Source: Eledone cirrhosa (Eukaryota). Taken from it: a stretch of DNA of 64,000 nt. The stretch lies in contig OZ024741.1 in NCBI GenBank assembly GCA_964016885.1, positions 390,848,001 through 390,912,000 on the forward strand, in the 5' to 3' direction. Made by a program: the position numbers and the translations under genes. Positions 26,251 through 39,209 of this stretch are shown one piece after another (within the stretch, counting starts at the first letter, position 1; each line of letters begins with the position of its first letter). The notes beneath the pieces are model-generated. The model was not told the DNA's origin, made no database searches, and saw only the letters and a program-made list of their open reading frames with translations.

Positions 26251-26787
26251 GAAATTCATTAATCTTTTTTTTTTATTATAAACAAAAGACTGAGAAAGTT
26301 TATCTAAATATTATTGCAATAGTCAAAAATTTATTTTCTATTAACTCTTAACATCCTTTAATGATTTTGTCTAAAAATTAGTTTATTCAAATCTAATGGA
26401 CTGATTGTGAAAAGTTGTAATATTAGAGAAAGACTTTAATCTTTAATGATACAATCATAGTTCTGTTTTATACATTTTTAAGAATGCCCTCATGGATGCC
26501 ATTTCATGTGGTACAGGAAATTAAGTGTTAAGACACTTTTATGAAAAACTGGTTATTGATGCTAAAATTTAATTAATTAACATTTAGCAATTTAATTAAC
26601 AAACATTGATAAAGTATCATTTCAAATTATATTCAGAGATGTAATTTCTAACTTAATTAAGAATATTTAACACTATCTTCCCTCCACTCTACATTCCAGA
26701 CAAGGCCCTGGAATTTTTGTCAAGGCTAGAATATCACACAGGAAGCATAGTTCCCATTCTATAAAAATTTCCTGAAAGAGTCTGACA

Positions 26788-27075
26788 GAGGGGAAAAATT
26801 ATCCCAATACACGTGGTGAATTTTTTCCCCCCATATATCTTTCGTGAGGTCCTTCACAACTCTTTCTCCAAGTCCTTGTTTGATTTGGGACTTTCCCTGT
26901 TATAAACTTGGAAGTCGTTTACATAGCCGTTGTGTGGATCAGCCTACATCTACATTTTTATCCCATGCTTTGTAGGCTTCAGTGGAAGATATTGTTTGAA
27001 GCCAAATGTCCAGTGAAAGCAATCATGACCTCATCAATCGATGTTTCAGTGTGGATTGTATTAATATGAAGTTGT
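26788..27075 (-). pseudogene. piggyBac-family transposase relic
   Basis: Frameshifted minus translation SIDEVMIAFTG / KQYLPLKPTKHGIK / NGYVNDFQVY / GLGERVVKDLT / HHVYWDNF matches the piggyBac DDD core. Confidence 0.75.
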
Positions 27076-27651
27076 GAATATAATTATGGCGAATACATTG
27101 ATGTTTCATTGTCGGGTTTTATTAATTTATGTATTTTGTTAAAGAGATTTTTACCTGGTAGAACGCCCAAGTAAGGATTTGGTGTCTTCTGTATGTTTAC
27201 AGATTTACTTCCCCTTGAGTGTAAAATTGATCTGATTTTGCACACCCACAGTTTTATTCCAGTGACCAGAGCAACAGTACCATCAATACTGACAGGTTTG
27301 ATACACAGAATTTACCAGGAGAACTGGATACAGGAAGAATCATCTCCAAATTCATATTTTCATATATTAGTTATTTACATAAGAGAAACCCTATAGTTTA
27401 TGTTGTTTACTGACACACAGAAATATATTTCTAGAATATAATTACATAAATGTTCAGCATATATGGACAGATAACATACAGGAATAAATGTATGAGTAAC
27501 TTTAGAGAAATAAGTTTTTACAGGGACAAATGTAGGGTTAGAACCCAGGACCCTGTGGTTGGAAAGTAATACATGTGTATCTGTGTGTATAATACATGTG
27601 TATAAATATACATTATAGTGTAATGAATGCATGAATGTATATAAATATATG

Positions 27652-27688
<37 letters not shown>

Positions 27689-30159
27689 GATAACAAATTA
27701 TTGTTATAGGTAGTCCACTTAGATGTAGTCCAGTTAGGGTACTCCGAGTAGTGGATAATATCAACGCTTGGCTAAGTTTGACTCAACAAGGCGTTTCCAT
27801 AGTGATGCTGCGAGTACGCGGTGATTTCTATGTAGTTTACACTTGGAGTAATAATAAATCAAGAAAGAAGAGTGACACGGTTTGCTATACAATAAGGGCT
27901 TTAATCACATTGCTGACAATTGTTTCTCTGAACTGGTAGGTCTAGAGGTTACTACCCGGAAGGAAGCCTGCTCAGAATGGAGTTCCACTGAAGCAGGTGG
28001 AGAAGTTCAAGTATTTCAGGGCAGTGATGGAAGGCAGGAGACTGAATTAAATGCAAGAATTGCAGGAGTAGTAATGATGCGCTTTTTAGTTTTAGGATTG
28101 TTAGAATATTTGAATTTAATACCCACATAACTTTTCGATTCCAATTACTTGCATCAAGCTAACTTTGAGGTGTAAAATTGGGGGTTTGCTATATATACTA
28201 AATTTTTTAGTATTAGGACCCCCCCCCCCCCCCCGAATCTGAAGTGCCTCACACCTTCAATGGTCTAAATCAAACTCTGTGTGTTTGTGTTTTTTTGTAT
28301 AAATGTGTGTGTATATGTATATACAGTATACAGATGTGTGTACGTATGTCTGTTTTGTGTGTTTATATTTGATCATAACAAGTACTTCAAGCTCTACATT
28401 TAATAAGCTGTTTTCGATATAGAAGAGACAGCCTTGAAATAAATGATAAAGTTCATAATTAAAAAGGTATTGATTAATTAAATAACTCAACATTTAATCG
28501 TTAGCGACTACCATCAATATATTGCCGTTTAGTTAAAGTGTCCATGTCATGCTCATACCATGTCAAACTTTCTTTCCACTCTTCCATATAAAGTGTGAAA
28601 CTAATAAGAATTTTGCTGAAAATATATTGAAATATTCTTTCTTGATTCATCACTAAAATGAATAAAAGGGAGATTTGTGTTCTATTTCTACCATTTTAAA
28701 ATATAATAAGATGTAATATTTGAAGGAGATTTGGCTGTTGTGTCTAGCATTTTGTTTTTATATAAGATATAACGTTTGACTGCCATTTCTAGCATTATTA
28801 TTGACCACGTAGTTGTCCTCAAGCAGGGACGAAAGTTCCATATTTACTTCCCTTTGACCGTGATACTTACCTGAGTTTTCTAAAAAATATGACACTACTA
28901 ATTTTGTTCATAACATTCTTAATAATGAATATTCTTTATTGAAATTTTATAGAGATACTTATTAAAGTGTGTAGATTAAAGTTCTGGAAATTAATATATA
29001 AATTTAAAGTAGATTTTAACGAGACTAGATTATGTGATTAACTGTATATTTCTTTGCTATTTCTCTCATTTTCTGACAAATGTATCTATGGTTTGAGGGA
29101 GATTTCGTTGCTACTACTAATGTTGCTAAAACTCCAGAAAAAAATTATCCCACTGGTGTTCCTAGCTTTTGACAAAACTGTGTGGTTTGGGGTAGATTTA
29201 ATGTTATTTATATTTGATCATATTTATATATGAGTGTTTATATATATAATTGTGTTTTTATGTGTGTGTGCGTCCTATAACGTAGAGTTTACTTTTTTTT
29301 AACAAAGATCGATAAAATAAGCCGCAATCAAAGTTGATAAAATTGATTGAATACAGACGATATTTGCTCATGAAGAAATAAACACACACACACATATTTA
29401 TGTGTGTGTGTGTTCAGAATAATCTCTACAGGCATGGTAGTGCCATCAGCAGGGCATGTCCAAGATGTTCACATGGTGACAAAACCGTCCTGCATGCAAT
29501 CATTCAGTGTCCAAGCATTGTTAGTTTGTAGATTTATGTCGAACACTTGCTGTCGCGTGGAGGACAAATTTGACTATTGGCCAACTCGACTGTGAAGATT
29601 GCCCCACCACCTTCCTTTAATAAAGAAGGGAAGGCTACGTTTATCTTGTGGTCATGGTGAAATAGGTTGTATGGTGGACTCGCTTGAAAGGATTGAAGAT
29701 AAGCATTTTCCTCTTCAGCAAAGCCCTTATTAACTTCTTCAGGTTCCACTTAAAGAGGAAATTCTGGGTGGAGAGAGAAGTGCTTATTTCAGAGCAATCT
29801 GTTGAAAGGTGGGTGAGAGAAGCAACCATGGCCTGAGTGAATGGGCCCACTTTGAGTGTAAGCCTGTAAATTGGTAGACCACAGCTGGGACAAAGCACTT
29901 ACTCTAAAAAGCAAGGCATCTGTGGTTTTATGGGGTTTTCTCCCCGAGTGACCCTCGAACGTCTCCTCCTTATTGAAGAATCCACTTTGTTATAATTTCA
30001 TTGTTATCTCTTCTTTTTTTCTTTTGAAATTGTTGAAACTTTTTACACACAAAACCCACAAACATAAACACACACACACACACATAAACACACCCTATGT
30101 TTTCATTCTGTGCTCTCATGTTTTTCTTGAGATTAACCCTTGTGAAGAAATCATTTTCA

Positions 30160-30366
30160 TCCCTAGGGGTTCGATAAAATAAAGCACCAGTAATACACTG
30201 GGATAATTGCTGGTCTTGTGCCAAAAGTAGTGGTACCAGAAGTACTGGTACTCCGTTTTATCGACCTTACGGGGTCGATAAAATAAAGTACCAGTCACGC
30301 ACTGTGGTTGATTTAATCGAATTTTCCCTGTCCCAAAATTGCTGGCCTTGAGCCTATATAAGAAAC

Positions 30367-30370
<4 letters not shown>
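30160..30370 (+). mobile_element. SINE 3' fragments (two partial copies)
   Basis: cgataaaataaagt/caccag...ttgctggccttg occurs twice. Confidence 0.6.
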
Positions 30371-30397
<27 letters not shown>

Positions 30398-30401
<4 letters not shown>

Positions 30402-31240
30402 GCGACCTACGTAGGAAATCGTATTATCGTTAGCTCCACAAAAGTTTGTTGTTTTCAGTTGTTTCAATTTGCCAGTTATGGAAAATTTTTGTTCTTAAGT
30501 GTTTATAAGTTTATATACCTTGCTTTCTGAAAAGGACACTCAATAATATTGGGGCCTTGAGCCCAAAATTGAAACTTTTATCAAACAAAAATTTCTTTGA
30601 AAAAAACATGGACGGCTTTCATCTCCCACCATCACCACAACCATTGTAAACCTTGCTACGGCTGCCAACAATGAAAATATAAGTAAAAGCAATGGCAATT
30701 ATTTAAATTTGTCACATGCAGACATGGATTTCCCGCCATTACCAATAAGTGCAGGTGTTAAAGCCGCCACCCCCACCACCATAATGTCAAAAAGAACAAC
30801 CAACACTGCTGATACCACCACCACCACAGTGACAACAGAAACAAAAAATAAATTATTATCTCGTGACACCGAAATGGATTCACCCAGAATCGAATCTTCC
30901 ATGCCGAACACCACTGACACCACCACCACCACCACCACCACCACCACCACCACCACCACCACCACCACCACCACCACCACAACCACCACCACCACCACCA
31001 CAACTGAAACTAAAAATAATAATAACAAAAATAACAACAACAACAACAGAAACAACAATAACAACCAGAATAACAACAACATCAACACCAGCTCAAAACA
31101 AAATGTGTCGTTTGCTAAAGCGGCCCAGAAAAACGAGACAGTCGAGGTAAGCCAGGATGAATTGAATGAAGCCAAGCGAATGGTAAAAAAAGCTGGTCTG
31201 CAGAATAATCCAGCATCATTTTGGCTCCCATGACAACCTC
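30398..31240 (+). mobile_element. 5' end and ORF1 N-terminus of a Tx1/L1-like LINE, with (ACC)n/(AAC)n tracts
   Basis: Open frame from ATG 30608 through MDFPPL...SFAKAAQKNETVEVSQDELNEAKRMVKKAG; homologous to 22500-22690 and 59690-59780. Confidence 0.6.
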
Positions 31241-31480
31241 ACAACAGTGGTCTTGCAATGAACTGTGGAAAGGGGAAGGAAAAAAAAATGGACAGACAAC
31301 ATCAAAGAGCTGGCAAACAAATTCTTAGCAGAGACCAGGCATTTATCATGCAACCATGAAAGATGGAGAAGATTAGTGTATTGAACCTCTGCTGGTTCTG
31401 ACAAGTGTTCTAGTTAATCAATGAAGAGAACTCACAAAATTAATGTGCAAGTGGCTGATTATTCCAATATCTAACATGTA

Positions 31481-31735
31481 GCTCATGTAGATTCAGCCTG
31501 AGCTCTCCTTGTGTATGAGACAGTTGCTGTCTCATGTAGATTCAGCCTGAGCTCTCCTTGTGTATGAGACAGTTGCTGTCTCAGGTAGATTCAGCCTGAG
31601 CTCTCCTTGTGTATGAGACAGTTGCTGTCTCATGTAGATTCAGCCTGAGCTCTCCTTGTGTATGAGACAGTTGCTGTCTCAGAGAGATTCAGCCTGAGCT
31701 CTCCTTGTGTATGAGACAGTTGCTGTCTCAGGCTG
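31481..31735. repeat. 49-bp minisatellite, ~5.2 copies
   Basis: tctcatgtagattcagcctgagctctccttgtgtatgagacagttgctg repeated with period 49. Confidence 0.95.
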
Positions 31736-32189
31736 TTGACGTTCACCAGATTGAGATCAGTGATCAGTTTCCAGAACCCACTGCAAGTAGGTCGACAACT
31801 TAGGCCCCCAAAAACTGCCTTCGCTCATAGGGGGCCTGAACCCATCACCCTCATATTCCTTCACGGAAAAAGTCTTAAAAGTCTGATGCTCTACCAGCTG
31901 AGCTATGCAGGTGCAGCTATTACAGTGTGACAAGGCTAGCTAGTTGAATTACTGAGTAGACTTAAGCAATGTGAAATAATTGTCTTGCTTAAGGGCACAG
32001 TACACATCTGGGAATCAAACTCACAATCAGACACCCTAACCACTAAGTTATGAGCCTTCACAGAGAAGACTAGTATACAGCACGTAACAATTGTGTCCCC
32101 ACAATATCTCCAGACTGCATAACATCAAATCAGGAAAGATCTAATATTGATCTTATTGGAACTTAAAATTGTGTTAATTCATATTTCAC

Positions 32190-32402
32190 AATTAAAGTGG
32201 TAAGGGTGGTGCCATGATAAAGTACAACCAGTAAACTCTGTTAAGTGGTAGTCGTGGTGTCATGACAAAATGTACCCAGTATACTACTAATGTGGTATTC
32301 GTGGTGTCATGGTAAAATGTACCCAATACATGCTGTAAAGTGGTAATGATGGCGCCATGATAAAGTACACCCACTACACTGTAAAATGGTAGTGTTGGTG
32401 CC
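32190..32402 (+). repeat. About 5 degenerate copies of the ~41-bp RTE 3' UTR subrepeat
   Basis: gtaaagtggt...gtgccatgataaagtacaccca units. Confidence 0.6.
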
Positions 32403-33984
32403 ATCCAACTAACAAATCTTTCTACAACCTCTTATGGAAATATCTATGGCTACTCATGAACACTATATGACAACATAGTGGGATATAGACAACATACCTA
32501 TGTTAATGACGGAGAATATAAGCAACTTGAACTTTTTACATCCACACTGGAGGATGTATATCACTTGGGAAACCGATGTACATGACTTAATGCACTCTGT
32601 CTAATATAGAGACATACACCACTTAACGAAGGAACCACCATCAGTTTCGATGATAAATGTTCCAGTTATTCCATTAACATGAAATTAATGTGTTGTAGGC
32701 TGAGCATTTGATAAATATGCATAACCTGAACATAATTCTTAGGGAGGTTCAGCGTGATACAGTGTATGACAAGGCCGGCCCTTTGAATTACAGATACAGG
32801 CCATCTGACAGGCTTCCAAACAGTTTCTGTCTACCCCGTTTCACTTACAAGGCTGAGGTCAATCGAAGTCTATAGTAAATTTCACTCAAGATGCCAAGTA
32901 GTAGGATTGAACCTAGGACCTAATGATTACGAAGTAAACTCCTTAAACAGTCGGTCATGCTGCATCCACATATGCCTCTTAATCTCTCTAAGGAACCATC
33001 AGAGTCATAGACTAATTTATGAACTCTCTATTGTCACGTTGAGAACGAAAGTCACCTGACAATCCCAATACAGTCATACAAGAAAAATAAACCATTCCCC
33101 AAACACTTGGTGACCATGCTGAGAGATATAGGTCATATGACAATCCCTCTATGATCATGTTGAGGAACGTAAGCTGCATAAAGAACAATCTACAGCTATG
33201 CCAATTAATCCTCTATGTCTACGCCAGGAGACATACACTGCTTGAAACACATTTTTGCAGATATGCCAAAGGACGTTGGCCATTTAAAGACCCAATGGCC
33301 TCGTTAGTGGATGCAGGCCATGTTACACAATGCCTAAAGTCACAATAGTAATGCAGTCAAATTAAAGTATCTACTACGGCCCTGTCGGGGATGGAATTTA
33401 TTTATGAATATATTTGCAATATGCCACAAGACTTAAGACAGTGAAAATTCTGTGGACATACTACCATACTTAGATCCTGCTAATATACAATCTATGGTCA
33501 TACCGAGGCAAGGGGGGCTACCTAATGAACCCACTCTATCTGTGTATTATATTCCAGTTAAGGAACCCTCCATGGCAATACCTGTTAATGAACCCTCAAT
33601 GACTGGGGGATATAGGTATCTTAATATCTCTACCCCCATGCTCAGTAATGTATGCAATGTAACAAATCCTCTGTGGTCATGCAGGTTTACGTAATCTTTG
33701 TAATAACATTTCTGTTGCCACAGGGAAACATAATGAACTCTACGAGTTCAGGGAACATAAGTCACTTGAGGAATCCTACAACAGTGCTGAAAAATGTAAA
33801 GCACTTACTGAAACTGTCGGATGGAGAACAATTAATGAAACTTCTGTAACAACACCTGGGTACTTGGATCACTTTCTTACAGCTCTATATTTTTACTGAG
33901 TAGAAACCATTAGTAAACAAGATACGTAATGTATCTCCCAACATAAGGTGCAGGGCCTAATGCTACTAGCGTAGAGTAAGGTGT

Positions 33985-34200
33985 TGGTAAGTTATGACTG
34001 GAAAGAGTTGCTGCATGTTTCCGGTCACGATGTTTAAAAGTGAAGCATTGTTATGTTGTTTGCGGTCATATATTACTGATTGAATTGATGGTGACACTCA
34101 ACTTGTATACAATATTTTTCACTAGTGATTGGGAATTCAATGGATACACATTGTGATTATGGCAATTGCTAAATTCTTTCAGTTGTGTTGTCACTCTTCC
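33985..34200 (-). pseudogene. Highly decayed PLE GIY-YIG relic
   Basis: Minus translations SNCHNHNVYPLNSQSLVKNIVYKLSVT and FKHRDRKHAATLSS resemble CNC..CPL..CL..NIVY / SF...T.LS. Confidence 0.5.
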
Positions 34201-34552
34201 AGGTAGTTTGGTGGTTATGAATTTTAATTTGGATAGATGCGATATTTTGACATTTTTTTTTGTTAAATATTATATAATAATGGTGTCGCTATTCTTCCTA
34301 CCAACATATTCTCCTCACTGATAATAACCAGTGAGGATATATACATGTTGATTACTATTTACCAGAAGAGTGACATCCCTTCATTGAATGTTGCACGATC
34401 ATGTGCATGCAGGTGACTTTTCAAACCAGCTTTTGTTTTACAGGCACGTTCACAGATATGAATTGTCTGTCTCCTGGCATTACGGGCTGGGATGTGTCTT
34501 CATGCATTCTACCATGTCTAGTCTGTCAATCAGATGACTTGCAAATTAAGCT

Positions 34553-34950
34553 ATCATCATCATCATCGTTTAACGTCTATCTTCCATGCTAGCATGGGTT
34601 AGACGGGAATTGTCCCACTTGAGGCAAGATTGATCGGGTGATCGTGTCTTATAGGACTGTATCTGGCAGGTGTTTTTATGGCTAGATGCCCTTTATAACA
34701 CTAACCAAATTTATAGTGTGGACTGGGAGCCTTTTTACCGTGTTACCTACATGACCACTTTACAGTGTGGACTGGGTGCTTTTTGTCGTGACACTTACAC
34801 GACCGCTTTAGTTTGGACTGGATGTTCTGTGGTACCAACATAACTTTACAGAGAAAGGGTGGTGTTGGTGGGAGTGGGAGGATGGAGTAGGGGTAGTGAG
34901 TTGGAGTGTATATTTGGTTAAGAGGTGCCTACTGACTGTAGGTTTAACTT
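34553..34950 (-). mobile_element. RTE 3' UTR fragment with (GAT)n tail
   Basis: Reverse complement of the 21955-22316 type. Confidence 0.85.
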
Positions 34951-35175
34951 AATTTCGTACAAAAGACTTCTCCCAAGCCAGTTCCTATTCTGAAAACTAG
35001 CAACAATGTTAAATAAGCCTTGAGCCGCCTGCATGTAGATTAGCAACTGTATACCTAAAACCTGTTAGGTCTGTATACGTCGCTGCTTACCCACCACCCC
35101 GGGACTTTGAAGAGATATCGGCACAGAATATGGAAGAAATATATTAGTTTAACGCTTGAAATAGCAGGAAGAGGG

Positions 35176-35211
35176 TCTTAACGTTTCGGACGGTAGTCCT
35201 TCATCAGAAGA
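35176..35211 (-). ncRNA. Minimal hammerhead ribozyme
   Basis: Minus strand: TCTT-CTGATGA-A-GGAC(tacc)GTCC-GAAA-CG-TT-AAGA. Palindromic AACGTT replaces stem III. Confidence 0.65.
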
Positions 35212-35436
35212 AAGAATAGGAAATTAGAAAGATTGAGGAGACTGGGAGGGTGGAATCTGAAAAAAAAAATGTTTAGAGAAAAACAACCGGTCCATTTATG
35301 TTGCCATCTCTCAGAAAACTCTTGATGTTGGCGTTTTGTGTATGATATATTTTTTTAAGAAAAATGGATGATGGAGCGCTTCTATCTGAAAGGGGAAGAA
35401 AATGTTTTGTAGATAAAGATATACGTGTGCGCGCGC

Positions 35437-35467
<31 letters not shown>

Positions 35468-35589
35468 TGTTATTATACCCCGTACGCGCGCGCGCGCGTG
35501 TGTGTGTGTTATTAAACCCCGTACGAAGCTAAGAGGATATGTGTGTGTATATGTAAGTAAAAGAGTGTGTGTGTGTGTGTGCATGTAAG

Positions 35590-37790
35590 TATGAAGCTTT
35601 GAGCTTGTCTACTCAATACAAAGCTTGGCCACTTCACATGGAGATCAGTTCTGGTATGAGAATCTATGTGGCTTTTTAGACCAGACATACTTTTAAAATG
35701 TCGTCTGCATAAATTGCACTTTAGTTTCAGTACAGCTTCAACTGGCTGAGTTGTCTGATCTTGATGAACCTTGAAATGTCTCTTTCGACCTCCTTTAGAT
35801 TTGTATATTTTGTGACACATGTAGCATTGATAAGTGTAAATTCGATGGTATGTTCTGAAGTCAGTAGGAAGTGTCCTATTGTGTGCTCTCATGTGAGATT
35901 AATGTCCAACCTCCGACAGGCAGATTTTGCCACAAACTGTACATGTAGAAAAAGTCCCATTAATATATGCTTACTGGTTGTTTTTTCCTTATTCCTCTTA
36001 ATATTTACTTGCATTAATCTATTTTGCTCAAACGTTTTCACACTGTCCCATATTTTTGAGCGCTAGGTTGAGCGATCCACTGCAATTCTTTCTAAATCTT
36101 TTTGGATTGATTCCTATATTCTTCAAGTTCTCCCTCAATGAATCCTTGAACCTCTTCTTTGGCTTGCTCCGTTTCCTTTTTTCCTGAGTAAGTTCCCCAT
36201 AAAATAGTTGCTTGGGGATAAGTTCGTCAGCCATGCAGACAATATGTCTAGACCACCGCAGTTGGCTTTTCACAATTATTGCCTGGATGGAACAAATACC
36301 AGTCAGGGGTGAATGAATTCCATTTTATTTTTAGAATATGACGTAAGCATTTTTGGTGGAATCGTTCCAGGAGTCTGATGTGATATTTATAACATGTCCA
36401 GGTTTCAGACGGGTACAGAAGGGAGGATAACACAAAAGCTCTATATAAATAAATTTTTGTTTCGATCTTGATATGTCTTTGTGATCAAACACAAGACTCT
36501 AAATTACCAAAAGATTTTGCTGCCTTTTGAATCCTTAGAGATATTTCTGGATCCAATGTTCCATCTTTACTTATTGTGCTTCCAAGATATATGACGGATT
36601 CAATAACATTAAGAAGTTTACCCCTCACATATATTTTCGGTTGGTGCACAACTTGACTAAGGGCAGGTTGACATAAAACTACCGTTTTCTTTAAGTTTAT
36701 GATCAAACCAAAGATATCACATACTGAATCAAATGCAGAGATCAACAGTTGCAAACTATGCTCAGTATGACTGACAAGGTCATAGTCGTTGGCATACAGA
36801 AGATCTCTTATTAGTGAGGTGAACAGTTTAGTCTTAAATTTCATCCGTGCTAAATTGAAGACATTTCATGTTATGCAATATTTTACATACACCCCCTCAT
36901 TATTATCTGGAAAGCGTGAGAGAGCATGGCAGCAAAATATATTGCAAAGAGAGTAGGTGCATCAAGGTCTCCTTGTTTCACACCATTTTCCACTGCAAAA
37001 GGCTCAGAGAGTGTGCCCCCAAAGTTAACTCTGGCTTTCATGCCTTTGTGGTGAGTTTTCAATAAATTCTCAAACTTTTGAGGGCATCCAAATTTCGACA
37101 GAACCAACCACAGGGAATTCCTGTGAACGGTATCGAACGTGTTACTGAGATCAACAAAACAGTGATATAGGGCAAGGTTCTGTTCAATACATTTTTCTTG
37201 CAGTTGAAGATCATATCATTAGTGCCTCTTTTCGCACGAAAACCACTTGGTGACTCTGATACGATTCTTGGCACTATGAACCTATTAAGCCGTTCCAAAA
37301 GGACATGTGTTAGAACCTTAACGACAATAGGGAAATGCCCCTAAATTTACCACATTGGCACCAGATTTGAAAAGGATGACCAGTATAGCATCAACCCAGT
37401 CTTGTGGTACTTCCTCCTTCCTCCAAAAATGTTGTATTACAGTGTGTAAATGTTCTACCGTTTTCTCCCCTCTATGCTTGAGATCCTCAGGATTAATACC
37501 ATCCAGGCTAGGAGATTTATTGATGTTTAATTTCTGTACCGCAGAAGCATGTCATTTCTATTTGGTTTTGATGCCATTTCATTTACAATTAGGTAGCTTT
37601 TCATTGATTCAATAATGTTTATGTTGACATTAGAGGGCCTGTTAAGAAGATCAGAGGTTCTGAATAGAAACTATATCAGTCAAGAGTGACTGGCCATCTG
37701 GAGTTCTTTCAGGTGATATTGAAGAGGATTGTGGACCATACACTTTTTAATGAAGGAGAAAAATGTCTTTGTGTCCTTGCGATCTATTGC
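35590..37790 (-). mobile_element. Decayed RTE (BovB-like) LINE of a second family with C-terminal C2H2 fingers
   Basis: SGFRAKRGTNDMIF, GVKQGDLDAPTLF, DLLYAND, YLGST, QLRWSRH..IPKQLFYGEL, CYMC..RH..H and CNLC..SH..H. Confidence 0.85.
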
Positions 37791-37816
37791 TAAAAAGAGA
37801 ATTTTAAATGTAATGT

Positions 37817-38010
37817 AATAATTGTTTCTACTTTTGGCACAAGGCCAGCAATTATCCCAGTGTATTAATGGTACTTTATTTTATCGATCCCGTAAGGATG
37901 AAAGGCAAAGTTAACCTCGGCGGGATTTGAACTCAGTCCGTAAAGGGACGTAACTGTGCTGCAAAGCATGGCGTCCGACCCTCTACCGATACTGCCAATC
38001 CACCGCTTGT
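37817..38010 (-). mobile_element. tRNA-derived SINE
   Basis: Reverse complement of 24170-24362. Confidence 0.8.
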
Positions 38011-38496
38011 AATGTAATAATGTGTGACAGTTGAGGTTAAAATTGAAAAACAAACATCGTTAAATGTAATGTAACAGTGTAAGTATGAAAGTTGTTAAAA
38101 TAGAAAAAACGGACAATTTTAAATGTCTTGTGATAGAATAAGTGCGAGAGTTGTGGGTAAAATTGAAATTGAAAATTGAAAAACGGACAATTTTAAAGTA
38201 ATTGTTATACATATATATATTTAAAATTTCATACACTTAACTTAGCGATCTTAGATTTTAGGGTCCACCTATGTCTCTCAATGTATAGTGGGGCTTATTT
38301 AGCATATTTAAAGTTTCATATGGTTAACATATAAACACAACCTTGGGTTTGGGATCCAATGAAACTTTAAATATACTAAATAAGCTCTCTTGTAATAAAT
38401 TGACCATTGTTTTCCTTGACCTTTTATCTACGGATATACTGCATACAACACATACATACAACACATACATACAACACATACATACAACACATACAT

Positions 38497-38585
<89 letters not shown>

Positions 38586-38778
38586 AATGTAGTGAAATCT
38601 GTCCATACCTTTTGGGGGTTCAACGTACACATACAACACAACCAACTACCAACTCGAGCCCTCTTTGGATTTTAGTCTTAAAATTTATTATTATTACTAT
38701 ATATATATAAAAGAAAATTTCGCTCTACATGGCTGAATACAATAAATGTAATCTGAGTTTTTCGAATATTAATAATAA

Positions 38779-38974
38779 CGTTCGATTCGTTTGCAATTTT
38801 GCAAACAAGCCTCAATTTTATAGCCATGTCAGTAGAATGAACCCTTCATTCTTGCTCTTGTGTTGGCATGTAAACAGAACTGCATGCCAACACAAGAGCA
38901 AGAATGAACTGTTCATTCTATTGACATGGCTATAAAATTGAGGCTTGTTTGCAAAATTGCAAACGAATCGAATG
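38779..38974. repeat. Long near-perfect inverted repeat (~92-bp arms)
   Basis: cgttcgattcgtttgc...gttggcatg / catgccaac...gcaaacgaatcgaatg, with a ~12-nt loop. Confidence 0.9.
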
Positions 38975-39032
38975 TAACGGTTGCATTTTGAAAGGGTATG
39001 TCAATATTTATTTATAAAACTGGTATATATTG

Positions 39033-39097
39033 TATTTTGTCTGATGAAAGCATACCATAATTTAACATGGTATCCTTGAAATATGTATAATAAAATA
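39033..39097 (+). ncRNA. Type I hammerhead ribozyme
   Basis: TATTTTGT-CTGATGA-AAG.ATACCAT...ATGGTAT.CTT-GAAA-TATGTA-TA-ATAAAATA; AUA triplet. Confidence 0.75.
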
Positions 39098-39136
39098 GAT
39101 ATGGTTTTATAAATATAGTTTCCATTTGTTAATATC

Positions 39137-39200
<64 letters not shown>

Positions 39201-39209
<9 letters not shown>

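Noticed and set aside
27155-27345. Possible host exon on the minus strand
   Set aside because: Splice-like sites exist but no frame gives a recognisable protein, and it lies beside a piggyBac relic.
31481-31735. CRISPR-like array
   Set aside because: Units are contiguous with no unique spacers, there are no cas genes, and the context is eukaryotic.
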